A DNA stretch of 64,000 nucleotides from positions 1-64,000 of the forward strand of contig CAXHJY010000821.1 in NCBI GenBank assembly GCA_964016885.1, written 5' to 3'. The DNA comes from Eledone cirrhosa. Lineage: Eukaryota. Below are positions 19,287 through 33,481 of this stretch, one piece after another. Position 1 is the stretch's first letter. Every line of letters starts with the position of its first letter. Made by a program: the position numbers and the translations under genes. The notes under the pieces were generated by a model that searched no databases, was not told the DNA's origin, and worked only from the letters and a program-made list of their open reading frames with translations.

Positions 19287-22200
19287 AAAGGCCAGGAGAG
19301 CAGACTGGTAGAAATTTTACAGCATCAGACAAGATGCCTCATGGTATTTGTTCTAGTACTTAGCATTCTGGGTTCAAATCCTGTTGTGGCCTATTTGAGT
19401 GGTAGACCTAACCAGTTGCATAGTTTAACACCACCACCTGGCCCTTGGGTGCCTTTAACAAAGTCTAATGTATTTCAAGGATTCAGTCTATGTTTCTAGT
19501 TTGAGGATATCTTTCTCCCATCCCTGCAACAGTTTTGCAGGCTCTGAAAAGAGTAATGGAGACTACCCCTCTCTTCATGACTAAACAGTAAAAGAAAAAA
19601 AGTTAATAAATGAATCAAATTTAACATAGAATTGTATCCCTAGTAGTTCTAAAATACATCATCAATACTATTATTGATGGATACCTTACTTATAAACATC
19701 TTGTCATGTGTATCCCTGTTTTTAGAATAGGTAGACCAAATCCCTGCATGTCATTCAAGCTGACTAAAAGCATTGGAGTCAGTAAACGCATCCAACTGGA
19801 GAACATTGTCTTAAAACATCCCGTCCAAACCCATGCCAGCATAGAAAAGTGGACTGGAAAAAAATGATGATGATTTGTCATTTTGTAAACTCTTAATGTC
19901 CTGCATTACATGGAACTGTAAAAGCAATACATTTTTGAGAAGTACAAAACAGCACTGTGACTTAAAAAATAATTGAAGTCTCTCTCTCTCTATATATATA
20001 TATATATGTAATAGAATAATCGAGTATCGAAATTAACGATAAACAAATCCGACATGAGTGGCAGAGGGCTCAATAATTCAGATAAATCAGAGCTATATAT
20101 ATATGTATATATATTTATTAAAATAACAGATTAAAGTTTAAGCAAAGAATTTAGTCTTCAAATTTATTATTATATTTTTTTTAATCAACAAACTTGCTTT
20201 TAGATATTTTCTGCTAAATCACTACAGGATGTTAAGAGTTAATTCAAGCCCATTCCCACCTCCTTACATACTGAAATTTGGTTGCAAGGTTCAAACTGCT
20301 ATGGTCAGTGGTACTTTTCGTGCCAAACCTGTCATGAATTTGGACACACACCATATCAATGTATAACACAGCAGAAATACAGCATCATATAAATCATGAA
20401 TATTTATAATAAATAAAAGTCATAAGTTGTTTTGAAAAAAAATTGATCGATAAGAAAAGTGGGTGTTGATAACAATTAGTGAAGACTATGGAGTGGTATA
20501 CACTTTTGTGTTTAACCTACTGATTATAAAGAATTGATAAAAATTTAAAGTGTACAATTTTTATAATTATGACAATAAAGTATGTATTTCACTTCATAAA
20601 ATAAACTGAAATAAATTAATGGTAAAACACCTATGTTTGGGCAAAACTGAAGCTCATTCTGTTAATTGATAGTGGGAAGGGAAAAAAAAAAAAAAAAAAA
20701 ATCAATATTAGTTTCTGACATTACATTTAGTAATATATTGCAGAGTGTGATTTCTGTGTGTGTGTGTGTGTGTGTGTGTACATCTTCCTTGAAACTTAAA
20801 AAAATTATTCTCACAGAATTAAATAATGAATCTACTATATATATAAATATATATATAGTTTCGTTGACAAATATATCAATGTGCCCAGACACGCAGATAT
20901 ATTGCCCTTGGCATGACAGTGTGGTTTTAGCTTTAGGAATAACCAAAGAGTGCTTAGAAATACATATATATATGTATGCTTAGAAATCATCATCATCATC
21001 ATCGTTTAACGTCCATCTTCCACGCTAGCATATATATATATATATATATGTATGTGTGTATATTAATTTATTATGGCTAAATAATGAGTCTTGTTACTGT
21101 GGAGTTTCACCAGCTCACTGATAGGGTAAACAATGTGGGGATTTATTGCCTACGATTTAAGCTTAACTTGAGCACAAAGAATCCCTATAAAACCATCTAC
21201 ACTGTACTTTCCTAAGCATACAGTACTAAGTTAAATAAAAACCTTCCATATTTTAGGGGGGGGGGGGGGTGCTGCTGCCACACCCTATATATATATATAT
21301 ATATATACACACACATAAATAGAGAGAGAAAGTGAGAGGGGTAAGACAAACTGCCTTCAATATAGGAATTTATAAACAGTAAATACTTATCATTTCACTC
21401 TTTCACTTTCCTCTTCTTGATGAATAGAATATATGTATAAAAAATGTCCAGTCATTGCTAGCAGGGAAAGCAGACATGATATGATGATAATGAAATCATT
21501 CTCAAATTGCTGCTTTCTTTCTTGTTTGCTATATTTGTAATGTTTGTGTGGAAGTAATGTTATGGATTGTTTTAGCTAAATGCAGCCACAGTGAATTCTA
21601 AATTTGTTTATTTATTTGTTATTTTATCTTATTTCAAGTTAACTCTTTATCTCCAAAATTAACATCTATTTCATTATCTTGTATAATCACCAGGAAATTT
21701 GAAAAAAAAAAAAAAAAATTGTAATTATTTTACCTATGTAACTAAACTTGTTATAGAGCAAAAAGTAAACTAACTGCACATCATATATGAGGTGGTAGAC
21801 ACTAGCACAGTGATACTGAATAGAAGAGTTGTGTTAAGTTCTTTTTTTCTTCTTTTAGTACAGGCTGACAAAATGTAAAAAAGAAAAACAGAAATTATCC
21901 ATGTAAAATACTTTGAAATTTAGAGAACTAAAAAACAACATAGTTATGGTCAATAAGCTGAAATAAAAGTTGTCTAGCCAAACAAAGAAAGAAAAAAAAA
22001 GAAATGATTTTAATAAAAAATAAACTGATGGTACACTAATTGAAGTAAATATAAGTGGAGGCATTAGAAAAATTAAATAAAGAATCTTTAATTATTCAAA
22101 CATAATTTTACTGAAGTTCATCCAGAAATATGTCCAATTCTATTTCTTATTTTGCCACCATCATCAATGTTATTAATGTGAAAATATATTTTTCTGTATT

Positions 22201-23321
22201 TTTATTATATATTGGCAAGAGTTATATGAATTTGGCAAGTAAATTACAATTAGAATGGTTTCTAAATTCATGTGAATGCTAGAATTAATGTATATTTTGA
22301 TGATTGCGCAATACTAATGTTTAATTTATTGAATGATAGCTATAATCTATCTCATTAGTTATATAAACTACACACCCACTCACACATATTTGATAATCAT
22401 TTAATTAATTAACTTCCAATTAACAAAAGTGACAAGTTTCCAAAAATGTTAATAATCTAGAAAGTTCTATTTCTATTTCAGTTATAAGCAAAAAAAAAAG
22501 TCTATATATTTCATTGAGGTAACTTTTACAAGAATAGATCTATTTCATTTGAAGAAATCAACAAAATGCTGATAATTTTTTCACTGAAACGAAACAGAAC
22601 GAGTCTAGTAAATAAACTACCCTCTCTACCTGAAGAATTGATTCCTTTACATTCTTGAATAGAATATCATTCAACAATATATACACACACCACACATACA
22701 CACACACTGATATATACATACATGTCTAAATATGTATATATGCACACACACACACACACACAAATGTATGTATTTATATATACATACTGTGAATACTTGT
22801 GTAAAAAATTTTTCTCGTGTAAAAGTCGAACCCTTATTTTTTGTCCCTAAATTTGGATTTTTTTAATATATCCCATATAAAATTTAACTTGGCAGACAAT
22901 ATATGTGAATCAAAGTATTATCCTGAAACTAAATGTTACAATATGGAAATATATATTTTATCACACTATTATATCCCAATGTTTGCAAGTGGAAATATCA
23001 GTTATGTAGACTTATTTATCTATTTTGGTGTCAGGAACTATGTTTTGATGCATAAAAATATTGGTATTATTATTGTAATTTATCATTTTACTTTTATTTA
23101 TTCAGAGCCCACTCAGGCTTCCACTTGTCGATAAAATATTGTAGATTGTAGTCTGCCCACAAAAGTAATATACATGTAATGATCGATCATATAAATTTAA
23201 TCTAAAAAAACAAACAAAAAATCTGCCTGTAGAACTAGTAAAGTGCTGAATGAATCTCCTGGAATTTAGTTATGACCCTCTATATTGTGCATTCAAATCC
23301 TGTTGAAGTTGACTTAGCTTT

Positions 23322-23537
23322 TGTTGAGGAGAAAAAACCCTAAATGCCCCCATGTAACTATAAGTGGACTAGGCAAAACTCTATAAATAAGAACAGAAAT
23401 GAACTGTCATGGGAACTGTGTACGGAGTTTTGTTGTAGTCTCTCATTGGGAGTTCGGAATTACACCTTGTGAATACCTTGAGTTTTACCCTCGTTTCGTA
23501 CAGATATACAAAACAGGTGTGTCACACCATCATAACA
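23322..23537 (+). mobile_element. Solo LTR (216 bp) inserted in a SINE
   Basis: TGTT...AACA termini, 5-bp TSD GCTTT (23317-23321 and 23538-23542), internal TATAAATA. The host SINE sequence GTTGACTTAGCTTT|TCAGCC resumes after it. Confidence 0.85.
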
Positions 23538-24286
23538 GCTTTTCAGCCTGCAAGGAGTCAATCAAATAAGTACTACTAAAGTATTAGTAGTTATTTAGTT
23601 GACTACACTATGCCTCAACCAAATGTGACTATGTCCTTCCGTGAGAAATCATTTTGCTGGCCTTGTGCCTAAAGTAGAAACAATTATTATTATCAAGAGG
23701 ATGCTTTAGCCTAGCATATGTGACAACCTCTCTAGTGCTGGTGCCACAATAAAATGCACCCAGTCCACTCTGTAAAGTGGTGGTGTTGGTGTCATGAAAA
23801 ACACACTTGTAATGATGCCCGGCATACCCTGTAAAGTGGTTTACACTAAAAAAATGGGTATCTAGCTATAGAAACCATGAAAAATAGGGACATATGAGCA
23901 AGTTTGGTCACCCAGATCACTCAACTTGTTTTGGACTGTGACAACCCTTCCATCTCATGCTAGCATGGAAAGGGGGCATACAATGGTGATGATGATGATT
24001 GAGTGAATAAGGTGTTAAATTCTCAACACACAGTGAGTTGCCTTTCAGCAAATGACTGTCTATTAAGAAAGCACTGCCACTATGAAGACACCCACTGTTT
24101 ATTATCATCAGACCCAACTTTTATTATCAGTAATATATGGCAATAAGTTCCTAATAAACTAGCTAAGTGCATGTACACTTATTATATACTTCTTATAACC
24201 TGGATATAAAAACATTCCAGTGTTAGCCTTTTCAATACTAAAACATCTGAAACAGCCCCTGCTTCAATGATACACCACTATTCAGA

Positions 24287-24508
24287 TTAACCCTTCAGCA
24301 TTTAAACCAGAATTTTAAGCCAGAATTCCTTCACCTCTTTCTGTTCAAACTGACTGTAACCGACCACTCATACTGATGTTAAGGTATTGTTCTCAAAATA
24401 ATATCAATATCATAGATTCCTTATTATGTGAGATAATAATGTGAGGTAAAGCCTTTACCATGAAAATATAATAGCATATATAAAGTAATGTAAATGCTAA
24501 AGTGTTGA
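24287..24508. mobile_element. piggyBac-type MITE (family B); related copies at 31209-31452 (inverted) and 41933-42118
   Basis: TTAACCCTT start; shared CTGATGTTAAGGTATTGTTCTCAAAATAA...CATAGATTC block; the 41933 copy has TTAACCCTTT...AAAGGGTTAA termini. Confidence 0.7.
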
Positions 24509-25102
24509 TGTGTATATATTTATTTTAAAATCCTCCATCATAATTTCAAGTAAGAAACTAAGATATTTTCCAAGAACCAGTTTAACAATGATAAAGTTAT
24601 ATTACTAAATTCCTCAAAATTCTTGATTATTTTCAAAATTATTTGAACATTCTATAAGCAATGTAAGGTAGCACATTTCTTTAGAAATGTGGTAACAAAA
24701 GGGTTAAATGAAGATAGGTCATTGCAATTATCAAATAAGATATGATAAAATAACATTAAATTGAATATCATATTGAAAGAAGAAGAAAAGATATAGTTCT
24801 GTTATTACTACAGTTATTTTCACTATAAATAAAATTATTATCATTATAAAAAGAAAACACCAATAATCTGAATACAGCAATAAATAAATAAATTAAACCA
24901 AACCAAACATTCATGGATTAAATTGCACAATTTATATTTATAGTTCTATTAATTGTATTAATTATGCACTATATACATTACCTTTGAGAAAACAACTAAA
25001 CTAACTGAAATAACAAAATCAAAATATTTTCCTTGTCTCTGACATTATTAAGCTAAAACGAATTTATAATTGCGTGTGTGAGTGATATGAGTTTGTGATA
25101 TA

Positions 25103-25136
<34 letters not shown>

Positions 25137-26589
25137 GATAGATAGGTAGAGATATAGAGAGAGAGAGAAAGAGATTGAAACTACCTTAGGAAACACCTTC
25201 AGTGTTTAGGAAACATTCTAAGTTGCTCCCCTTTTACCAGCGGAATCAAGCTGTTTTCTAAGCAAAATTTAGCAAATTACTACGTATACCGTTATTATTA
25301 TTATCATTTATATTTTAGTACCAAAACATTTAATTGAATTAAATTTAAAAAAACAAAACAAAAACAAGACAATAAATAGGAAAAAATGTCCATTTTTACT
25401 CCCGGTCTAACCACATAAAGAATGCTTTATTGATAAAAAAAAAAAACTTTCAAAAAGTCATTTTGTAATAAAAAAAAAATTATTCTAATATCAAAAGCAA
25501 TAATTAAACATTGTAAATCATATTTTTTTAATTAAATATTAATTTTCTAAATAGTTCTTCGTTAATATTAAGGTGTATAAATTGAAAATGAACTTAAATT
25601 ACAGCTTTTTCCTCAACTTTACATGACACGGCAAAATGAATTATTAATTAAACAAAGATGAACAAATGTTGAAATTTATTCGGAAAAAATAAAAGGTGTT
25701 GCAGGTAATTCTCTGCACACCTTCATTGCTAATTATTAAAATTACTGTTAGAATTATTAAATATTTAAACTAAATTAAAACTGTTTAGTTTTAGGGTAGT
25801 ATCCAAGTCTTGTACAGGATTTATTCAATTTACTATTCAGTCATATATATGTACACATACATACACACATACATACGTACATACATAGATACGTACATAC
25901 ACACATAGATACACGTACATACAAACACGAACATACATACGTATGTATGTATGAATAGATATATAGATAGAGACAGACAGATAGATTGAGAGGTAACACA
26001 TGTAAAATAAAAAAAAAACAAACAACACAAGGAAAAAAAGAGAAAAATAAGAAGCTTATAACAGATAAACTTCCACACATTCTAGTAAGAATGCTTATCT
26101 AAGAATAGAAGCTGCTAAAGGGTTACTAAAAGGCTGTATAACTAACTATGTATATATATGTATGTATTTATGTATTGCATACATACCATAACACATGTAC
26201 CTTCTGCTAAAACTAATTTGCCTGTGACCTCATTTCTTTTGTAACTAGAGTAACTGTGATATGTGGCTGTATATTACTGATAAACAGTAAGTTTGTAAAG
26301 CTGCATACACATGCAAACAACACAGAATCTTCTATATAATCATAACTATCGTTTCTTCTATACAATATAAGAAAAAATTGCATATTGACATCATACTTCA
26401 ACTCAAGTGTGGAACTAGAAGATAGTTATGGAATGCTTATCAAACAAATAAATGTGTCATTTTATTTCATAGAAAGTAGATGGAAGGGATAGCAACGAGA
26501 GCATATTTTTGATAAAACTAAAACAGAACTGGACTATGTTATTGATAGGGTTTATGATACCAAATAGAAAGTAACATACATGTGAAATA

Positions 26590-27536
<947 letters not shown>

Positions 27537-27740
27537 TCATCATCATCATCATCATCATCAGGTTTAGCGTCCGTGTTCCACGCTTGCATGGGTTTGGACG
27601 GGGGTTTTCCCACTTGAGGCAAGAGTGGTTGTCTTGCTCGCATAGGACTGTCTGGCGGGTTTTCTACAGTTGGATGCCCTTCCTAACACCAACCACATTT
27701 ACAGTGTGGGGCTGGGAGGTTTTTACGGTGTTGCCTACAC
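27537..27740 (-). mobile_element. SINE 3' part with RTE-type (GAT)n tail; sister copy at 36078-36229
   Basis: (CAT)n-...CGTCCGTGTTCCACGCTTGCATGGGTTTGGACGGGG...TTTCTACAGTTGGATGCCCTTCCTAACACCA is shared. Confidence 0.8.
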
Positions 27741-27904
27741 GGCCACATTACAGCGTGGACTGTGTGTTTTGTCGTGACACCTACACGATCTCATTTGTTT
27801 CGGCCTGGATGTTGTGGGACGAACATAACTTTACATTGAAAGGGGCGGTGTGGGTGGGGTGGAGGGACGGGGGTGTGTTTTGATAGAGGTGCCTACTGAC
27901 TGTA

Positions 27905-27939
27905 ATACATATTTATATATATATATATTTATATATATT

Positions 27940-27990
<51 letters not shown>

Positions 27991-28273
27991 TTATATATAT
28001 TTGTATATATATATTTGTATATATATATGTATATATATGTATATATAATGTATATATATGTATATATAATGTATATATATGTATATATAATGTATATATA
28101 TGTATATATAATGTATATATATGTATATATAATGTATATATATGTATATATAATGTATATATATGTATATATAATGTATATATGTATATATAATGTATAT
28201 ATGTATATATAATGTATATATGTATATATAATGTATATATGTATATATAATGTATATATATATATATATAATG

Positions 28274-28341
<68 letters not shown>

Positions 28342-28426
28342 GTATATATATATATGTATATATATATATGTATATATATATATGTATATATATATATGTA
28401 TATATATATATGTATATATATATATG

Positions 28427-28473
<47 letters not shown>

Positions 28474-28556
28474 GTATATATATATGTATATATATATGTA
28501 TATATATATGTATATATATATGTATATATATATGTATATATATATGTATATATATG

Positions 28557-28593
<37 letters not shown>

Positions 28594-28624
28594 GTATATA
28601 TATATATATGTATATATATATATG

Positions 28625-28671
<47 letters not shown>

Positions 28672-28714
28672 GTATATATATATATGTATATATATATATG
28701 TATATATATATATG

Positions 28715-28768
<54 letters not shown>

Positions 28769-28789
28769 AATATACATATATATATATCT
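27905..28789. repeat. (TA)n/(TATG)n microsatellite with a 19-21-bp higher-order unit
   Basis: ATGTATATATAATGTATATAT repeats through 28040-28270. Confidence 0.95.
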
Positions 28790-29005
28790 ATCTATCTATG
28801 GCGGGTAAAATTCCCGAGATCCATGGACGAGTTCTCTCCAGCGGTCTCTGTCCCTCATTATCGCTGCCATGTCCTGCATCTCCAACAGACCAGTGTCTGT
28901 CCTTAGGGCATCAACATATGTTAACCTTGGTCTTCCTCTTCTAGTGTGTCCATGTAGGGCCTCCCAAAGGAGCACTGAGTGCAATGTCAACTCTGGATGT
29001 CGGTG
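28790..29005 (-). mobile_element. 3'-terminal fragment of the same RTE family as 2946-3765, embedded in microsatellite
   Basis: [39 protein letters not shown]...RDRW, near-identical to 3550-3757. Confidence 0.92.
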
Positions 29006-29250
29006 ATATATATATTTATATATATATTTATATATATATACACATATATACACATATATACACATATATATATACACATATATACACATATATACATACA
29101 CATATATACACATATATACATACATATATACACATATATACACATATATACACATATATATACATATATATACATATATATACATATATATACATATATA
29201 TACATATATATACATATATATACATATATATATATGTATATATATATATG

Positions 29251-29329
<79 letters not shown>

Positions 29330-29391
29330 GTATATATATATATGTATATATATATATGTATATATATATATGGAGGCACATATATATACAT

Positions 29392-29738
29392 GGAGGCACA
29401 TGGCTTAGTGGTTAGAGCATTGGCCTTGCAATCGAAAGGTTGTGAGTTCAATTCTCAGACCGGGCGATGTGTTGTTTCCTTGAGCAAGACACTTTATTTC
29501 ACATTGCTCCAGTTTACTCAGCTGTAGAAATGAGATGATAGGGACTGGGGTCCATATCATTCCACTGCAAAGTGGTCGTGCAGGTGCCACGGCAAAAAAG
29601 CACCCAGCACTCACTGTAAATGAGGTTGGTGTTAGGAAGGGCATCCAGCTGTAGAAATCAAGCCAAAATCAGTTCCCGTCCCACCCTTGCAAGCAGGGAA
29701 AAAGCGGACGTAAAATGAAATGATGATGATGATGATGA
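29392..29738 (+). mobile_element. Full-length tRNA-derived SINE with RTE-derived 3' end
   Basis: A box TGGCTTAGTGG, B box GAGTTCAATTC, central CCTTGAGCAAGACACTTTATTTCAC domain, 3' CCCACCCTTGCAAGCAGGGAAAA.GCGGACGTAAAATGA(TGA)n. Confidence 0.9.
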
Positions 29739-29855
29739 TATGTATATATATATATGTATATATATATATGTATATATATATATGTATATGTATATATATA
29801 TATACATATACATATACGTCATGTATATAAATATATGTCATGTATATATATATGT

Positions 29856-29886
<31 letters not shown>

Positions 29887-29908
29887 AATGTGTATATATA
29901 TATATGTC

Positions 29909-29945
<37 letters not shown>

Positions 29946-30011
29946 GTATATATATATATATATAAATGTCGTATATATATATATATATGTCGTATATATA
30001 TATATATATCG

Positions 30012-30043
<32 letters not shown>

Positions 30044-30064
30044 ATGTATATATATATATATGTC

Positions 30065-30107
<43 letters not shown>

Positions 30108-30149
30108 ATGTATATATATATATATGTCATGTATATATATATATATGTC

Positions 30150-30192
<43 letters not shown>

Positions 30193-30314
30193 ATGTATAT
30201 ATATATATATGTCATATATATATATATATATATATGTCATGTATATATATATATATATATATGTCATGTATATATATATATATATGTCTTTGTGTGTATA
30301 TATATATATATGTC

Positions 30315-30352
<38 letters not shown>

Positions 30353-30415
30353 GTCATGTGTGTGTATATATAAATATATATATATATATATAATATATAT
30401 ATATATGTATATATA
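29739..30415. repeat. (TA)n array punctuated by GTCATG/GTCGTA
   Basis: Directly visible. Confidence 0.95.
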
Positions 30416-30611
30416 AATAATGAAGGAAGTGTGGTAAGGAAACAGATTGACCATAATGCACCAGAGTACTCAATTCTTAGGGAAGTATAGTGGGTAATAC
30501 AAACATTTTCAAGACCCCGACAGCAAAGGTTAAGCCATTTCTACGGCTATCTCTCTTCAGAAATAGCCGTAGAAACGGCTTGAGCTCTGCCGTCGGGGTC
30601 TTGATAATTTT

Positions 30612-30613
<2 letters not shown>
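30416..30613. mobile_element. Fold-back hammerhead-derived element (pLTR-like), palindromic about stem II
   Basis: Inverted arms span 30509-30604. Plus strand: TACGGCTAT-loop-ATAGCCGTA-GAAA-CGGC-ttgagctct-GCCG-TC-GGGGTCTTG. TTGAGTACTCTGGTG is shared with the 35417 and 57046 islands. Confidence 0.7.
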
Positions 30614-30647
<34 letters not shown>

Positions 30648-30675
30648 TATATGTCATGTGTATATATATATATAG

Positions 30676-30960
30676 TGGAGCTTGGCTAAATGGTTAGAGT
30701 GTTTGGTTCAAGATCATAAGGTCATGCATTCAATTCCTGGTTGTGTGTTGTGGCCCTCAACATGACACTATTTCATGTTGCTCCAGTCCACTCAGCTGGC
30801 TTTTCCAGTTGTACCTGTAATTGAAAGAGCCAGTCTTGTCACACACTGCGTCACACTAGATTTCCCCAAGAAATGCATTAACATTAAGGGTACACATGTC
30901 CTTGGAATGCTCAGCCACTTACATGTTAATTTCATGAGCAAGCTCCCACACTGATGAGGC
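30676..30960 (+). mobile_element. Older tRNA-derived SINE; related copies near 34760-35045 (-), 46320-46482 (-), 49605-49870, 57440-57770
   Basis: A/B-box-like head, ACACTATTTCATGTTGCTCCAGTCCACTCAGCTG domain, GTACCTGTAATT...CTTGTCACAC 3' region. Confidence 0.7.
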
Positions 30961-31938
30961 AACGGTAACATTCATTGTTGGTACCTACAGAGTGCCAGCA
31001 CACATACACATACTCATACAGATATATTATATCAGAAAAAAAAAACGGTAATGATATTAAAGCCGTAATACTTCTAATACGACATTGCTTGAAACTACCC
31101 CTAATTCTATGATTTAAAGTTGTTTAAAGTGTTTATATTTATCTAAAAAGCCTTCCATCAGAATTTTATGTTAGAAATTTTTTTTAAAATTATGTCCCAA
31201 ACACCAGTTTAACTCATTAGCATTTACATTATTCTATATATATTATTGTACTTTCGCGATAAAGGCTTTATCTCGCATAATATTGAATCTATGAGATTTT
31301 GATATTTATTTTGGGAACAATAAATACTTTAATAAATACTCTAATAACAATAAATACCCTAACATCAGTATGAGAGGCTAGTTACAGCTGGTTTGAACAG
31401 AAAGAGGCCACAGAAGTCTGGGTGGATATGGATGCTAATAATGAGACGTTAATAATGAGAAAGTGGGTTACATTAGTCAAATTCCTTCAGATTCATATTT
31501 ATTTTTAAAATGATTTGAAAACGATTGGTCGTGTCTTTAATGAGAAATATGGCAATGAAATGGTTAACAGAATTATATTCATCAAACAACCTTGATTACA
31601 ATATCAAGCTAATGAACTACTTAGAATAAACACCTGTAATGATTGTTGACATACCGTAAATACCTTTTAAAAGAAATCATTTTTCAGTTATTAAACATTG
31701 TAATATTTTAACTAAACATTAAATCTCTTTCTTTTAATGCATATCCTTACCATCATACAATGAAAAGTATTCTCATTAAAATCAGAAACTAATTTTAAAC
31801 AGCTGTAAGTAGTTCTATCTTGCACAAAACTCCAGCATCAACAGTTTTCCTAGAGATGGTGACATGAATAGACCGGTTATTTTAGTTTCCGCCACTACCT
31901 GTCTCCTCGTTCTATTTCTTCTTTAATCTCTCGTTCTA

Positions 31939-31974
31939 TTTTCTGATGACGGACTAGCATTTGAAACATTAAGA
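31939..31974 (+). ncRNA. Eroded minimal hammerhead ribozyme in an island abutting a TA run (about 31860-32060)
   Basis: TTTT-CTGATGA-CGGA ctagca TTT-GAAA-CA-TT-AAGA; stems II and III are weak. Confidence 0.45.
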
Positions 31975-32212
31975 CTTTTCCTACTATATCAAGTGTAAAA
32001 CTAATAATATATTTCTGCACTGTACTGTGTCGTTTGCTTTATTTCTGTTTGCCTTTTGCATATATATATATACATATATATATATGCAAATGAAGCGAAA
32101 ACCAACCAAACAGTGAGTGTGTTCTATTATTAATTCTGGCAATATTATTACACAAATATGACCCTCCCCAAGTATAACAATATATATGTATATATATATA
32201 TGTATGTATATA

Positions 32213-32282
<70 letters not shown>

Positions 32283-33481
32283 AATGGAAATGGATAAATC
32301 CACTACACATTGTTCATTAGAAAATTACAATTAAAAAAGCAAAATGGAAACAACCTTAGACAACTTTTTAACAACCATATAGATACTTTCAGTAAAATAA
32401 ACTTCCACGCCAGAATCCAGAATCTTTATAGCAGTGATAGCAAGTTATAAATAGGTTTCCTTCAGCTAAAAATATTTTCTGTAGGCTAAAAGTTATCAAT
32501 AATAAAAATGCCTCCAGTGTACATGCATCATGATGATGAATGTAGAAGTAAACAAAGGATGGTTACACCCTCTTTGATGATGATAATAATAATAACAACA
32601 TACATGGGAGTGTAAGAAGGAAATGTGCTACTTTCTTTTTTAAGTTGGGAGGAAGCCAAAAATAATATAAAATAAATTAACACCAACATCATTCTTGTAC
32701 ATGCAAGATTTACTGGGAAAATATGTTGGGTGTTATCCTCTAAAGTGAATTAAATGCTAATCAATATACTTTGGATTCGACTTCAACTTGATAATCAATA
32801 ATTAACTGAAACAAAGAAGAATATTCTAAAAAAATAACAAACATAACAACCTTACCAATTTTGAACAGCTACAACAGGGATCATAGTTGGCAATATGTAA
32901 CCAAACTTTCCAAAATAACTCAACATATCTTAACCAGCTTCTCTCCCATGTTCAACAGATCTAACTTGCATCATAGTAGGGAAGGAAGTAAAAAACAAAA
33001 TATAAAAAAGCATTTCATTAACTAAAGGATAGATAGACTAAGAGAAGTCTCTTCCTTATAAGTTACCATATACATATATACGCACACACATACATACATT
33101 CACATGCTTATATATATTATATATAGCAGCAGCAGCAGCAGTAAGTAATATAATCAGCAGCAGTTAATGTTGGTAGTGGTGGATTTGTGAAGTTAGAGTG
33201 GATGGAAACAGGAAACTTATCTATTTCAAGGGCAGGAAGGACAACATATCTCCCACCTAGAAAATACTTACTGAAATGGTGGACTACTGCAATGAATGCT
33301 AATATGAAATCCATGCAGATACAGAAAGGGAGGAGAGAATCATTTTTATTTACTAAAAATATAAATATGTGATGATTATTTTAATAGAATAAACAATTTA
33401 TATTTAACAATTTATATAAAAGAAAAACGCCACAACAAAGGGCACTTTGAGGAAAACTAATACACTGACAGCATTGCCATG

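Noticed and set aside
21085-21140. Minus-strand hairpin-GAAA-CT ccac AG-TA
   Set aside because: The position expected for CUGANGA reads TTACCCT; too weak to call.
25183-25270. Possible minus-strand exon (TTTTGCTTAG ... AAG|GTAGTT)
   Set aside because: Stops in all three frames and a weak donor; unsupported without RNA data.
29392-29465. tRNA gene
   Set aside because: tRNA-like head of a SINE, continuing into SINE body and LINE-derived tail.
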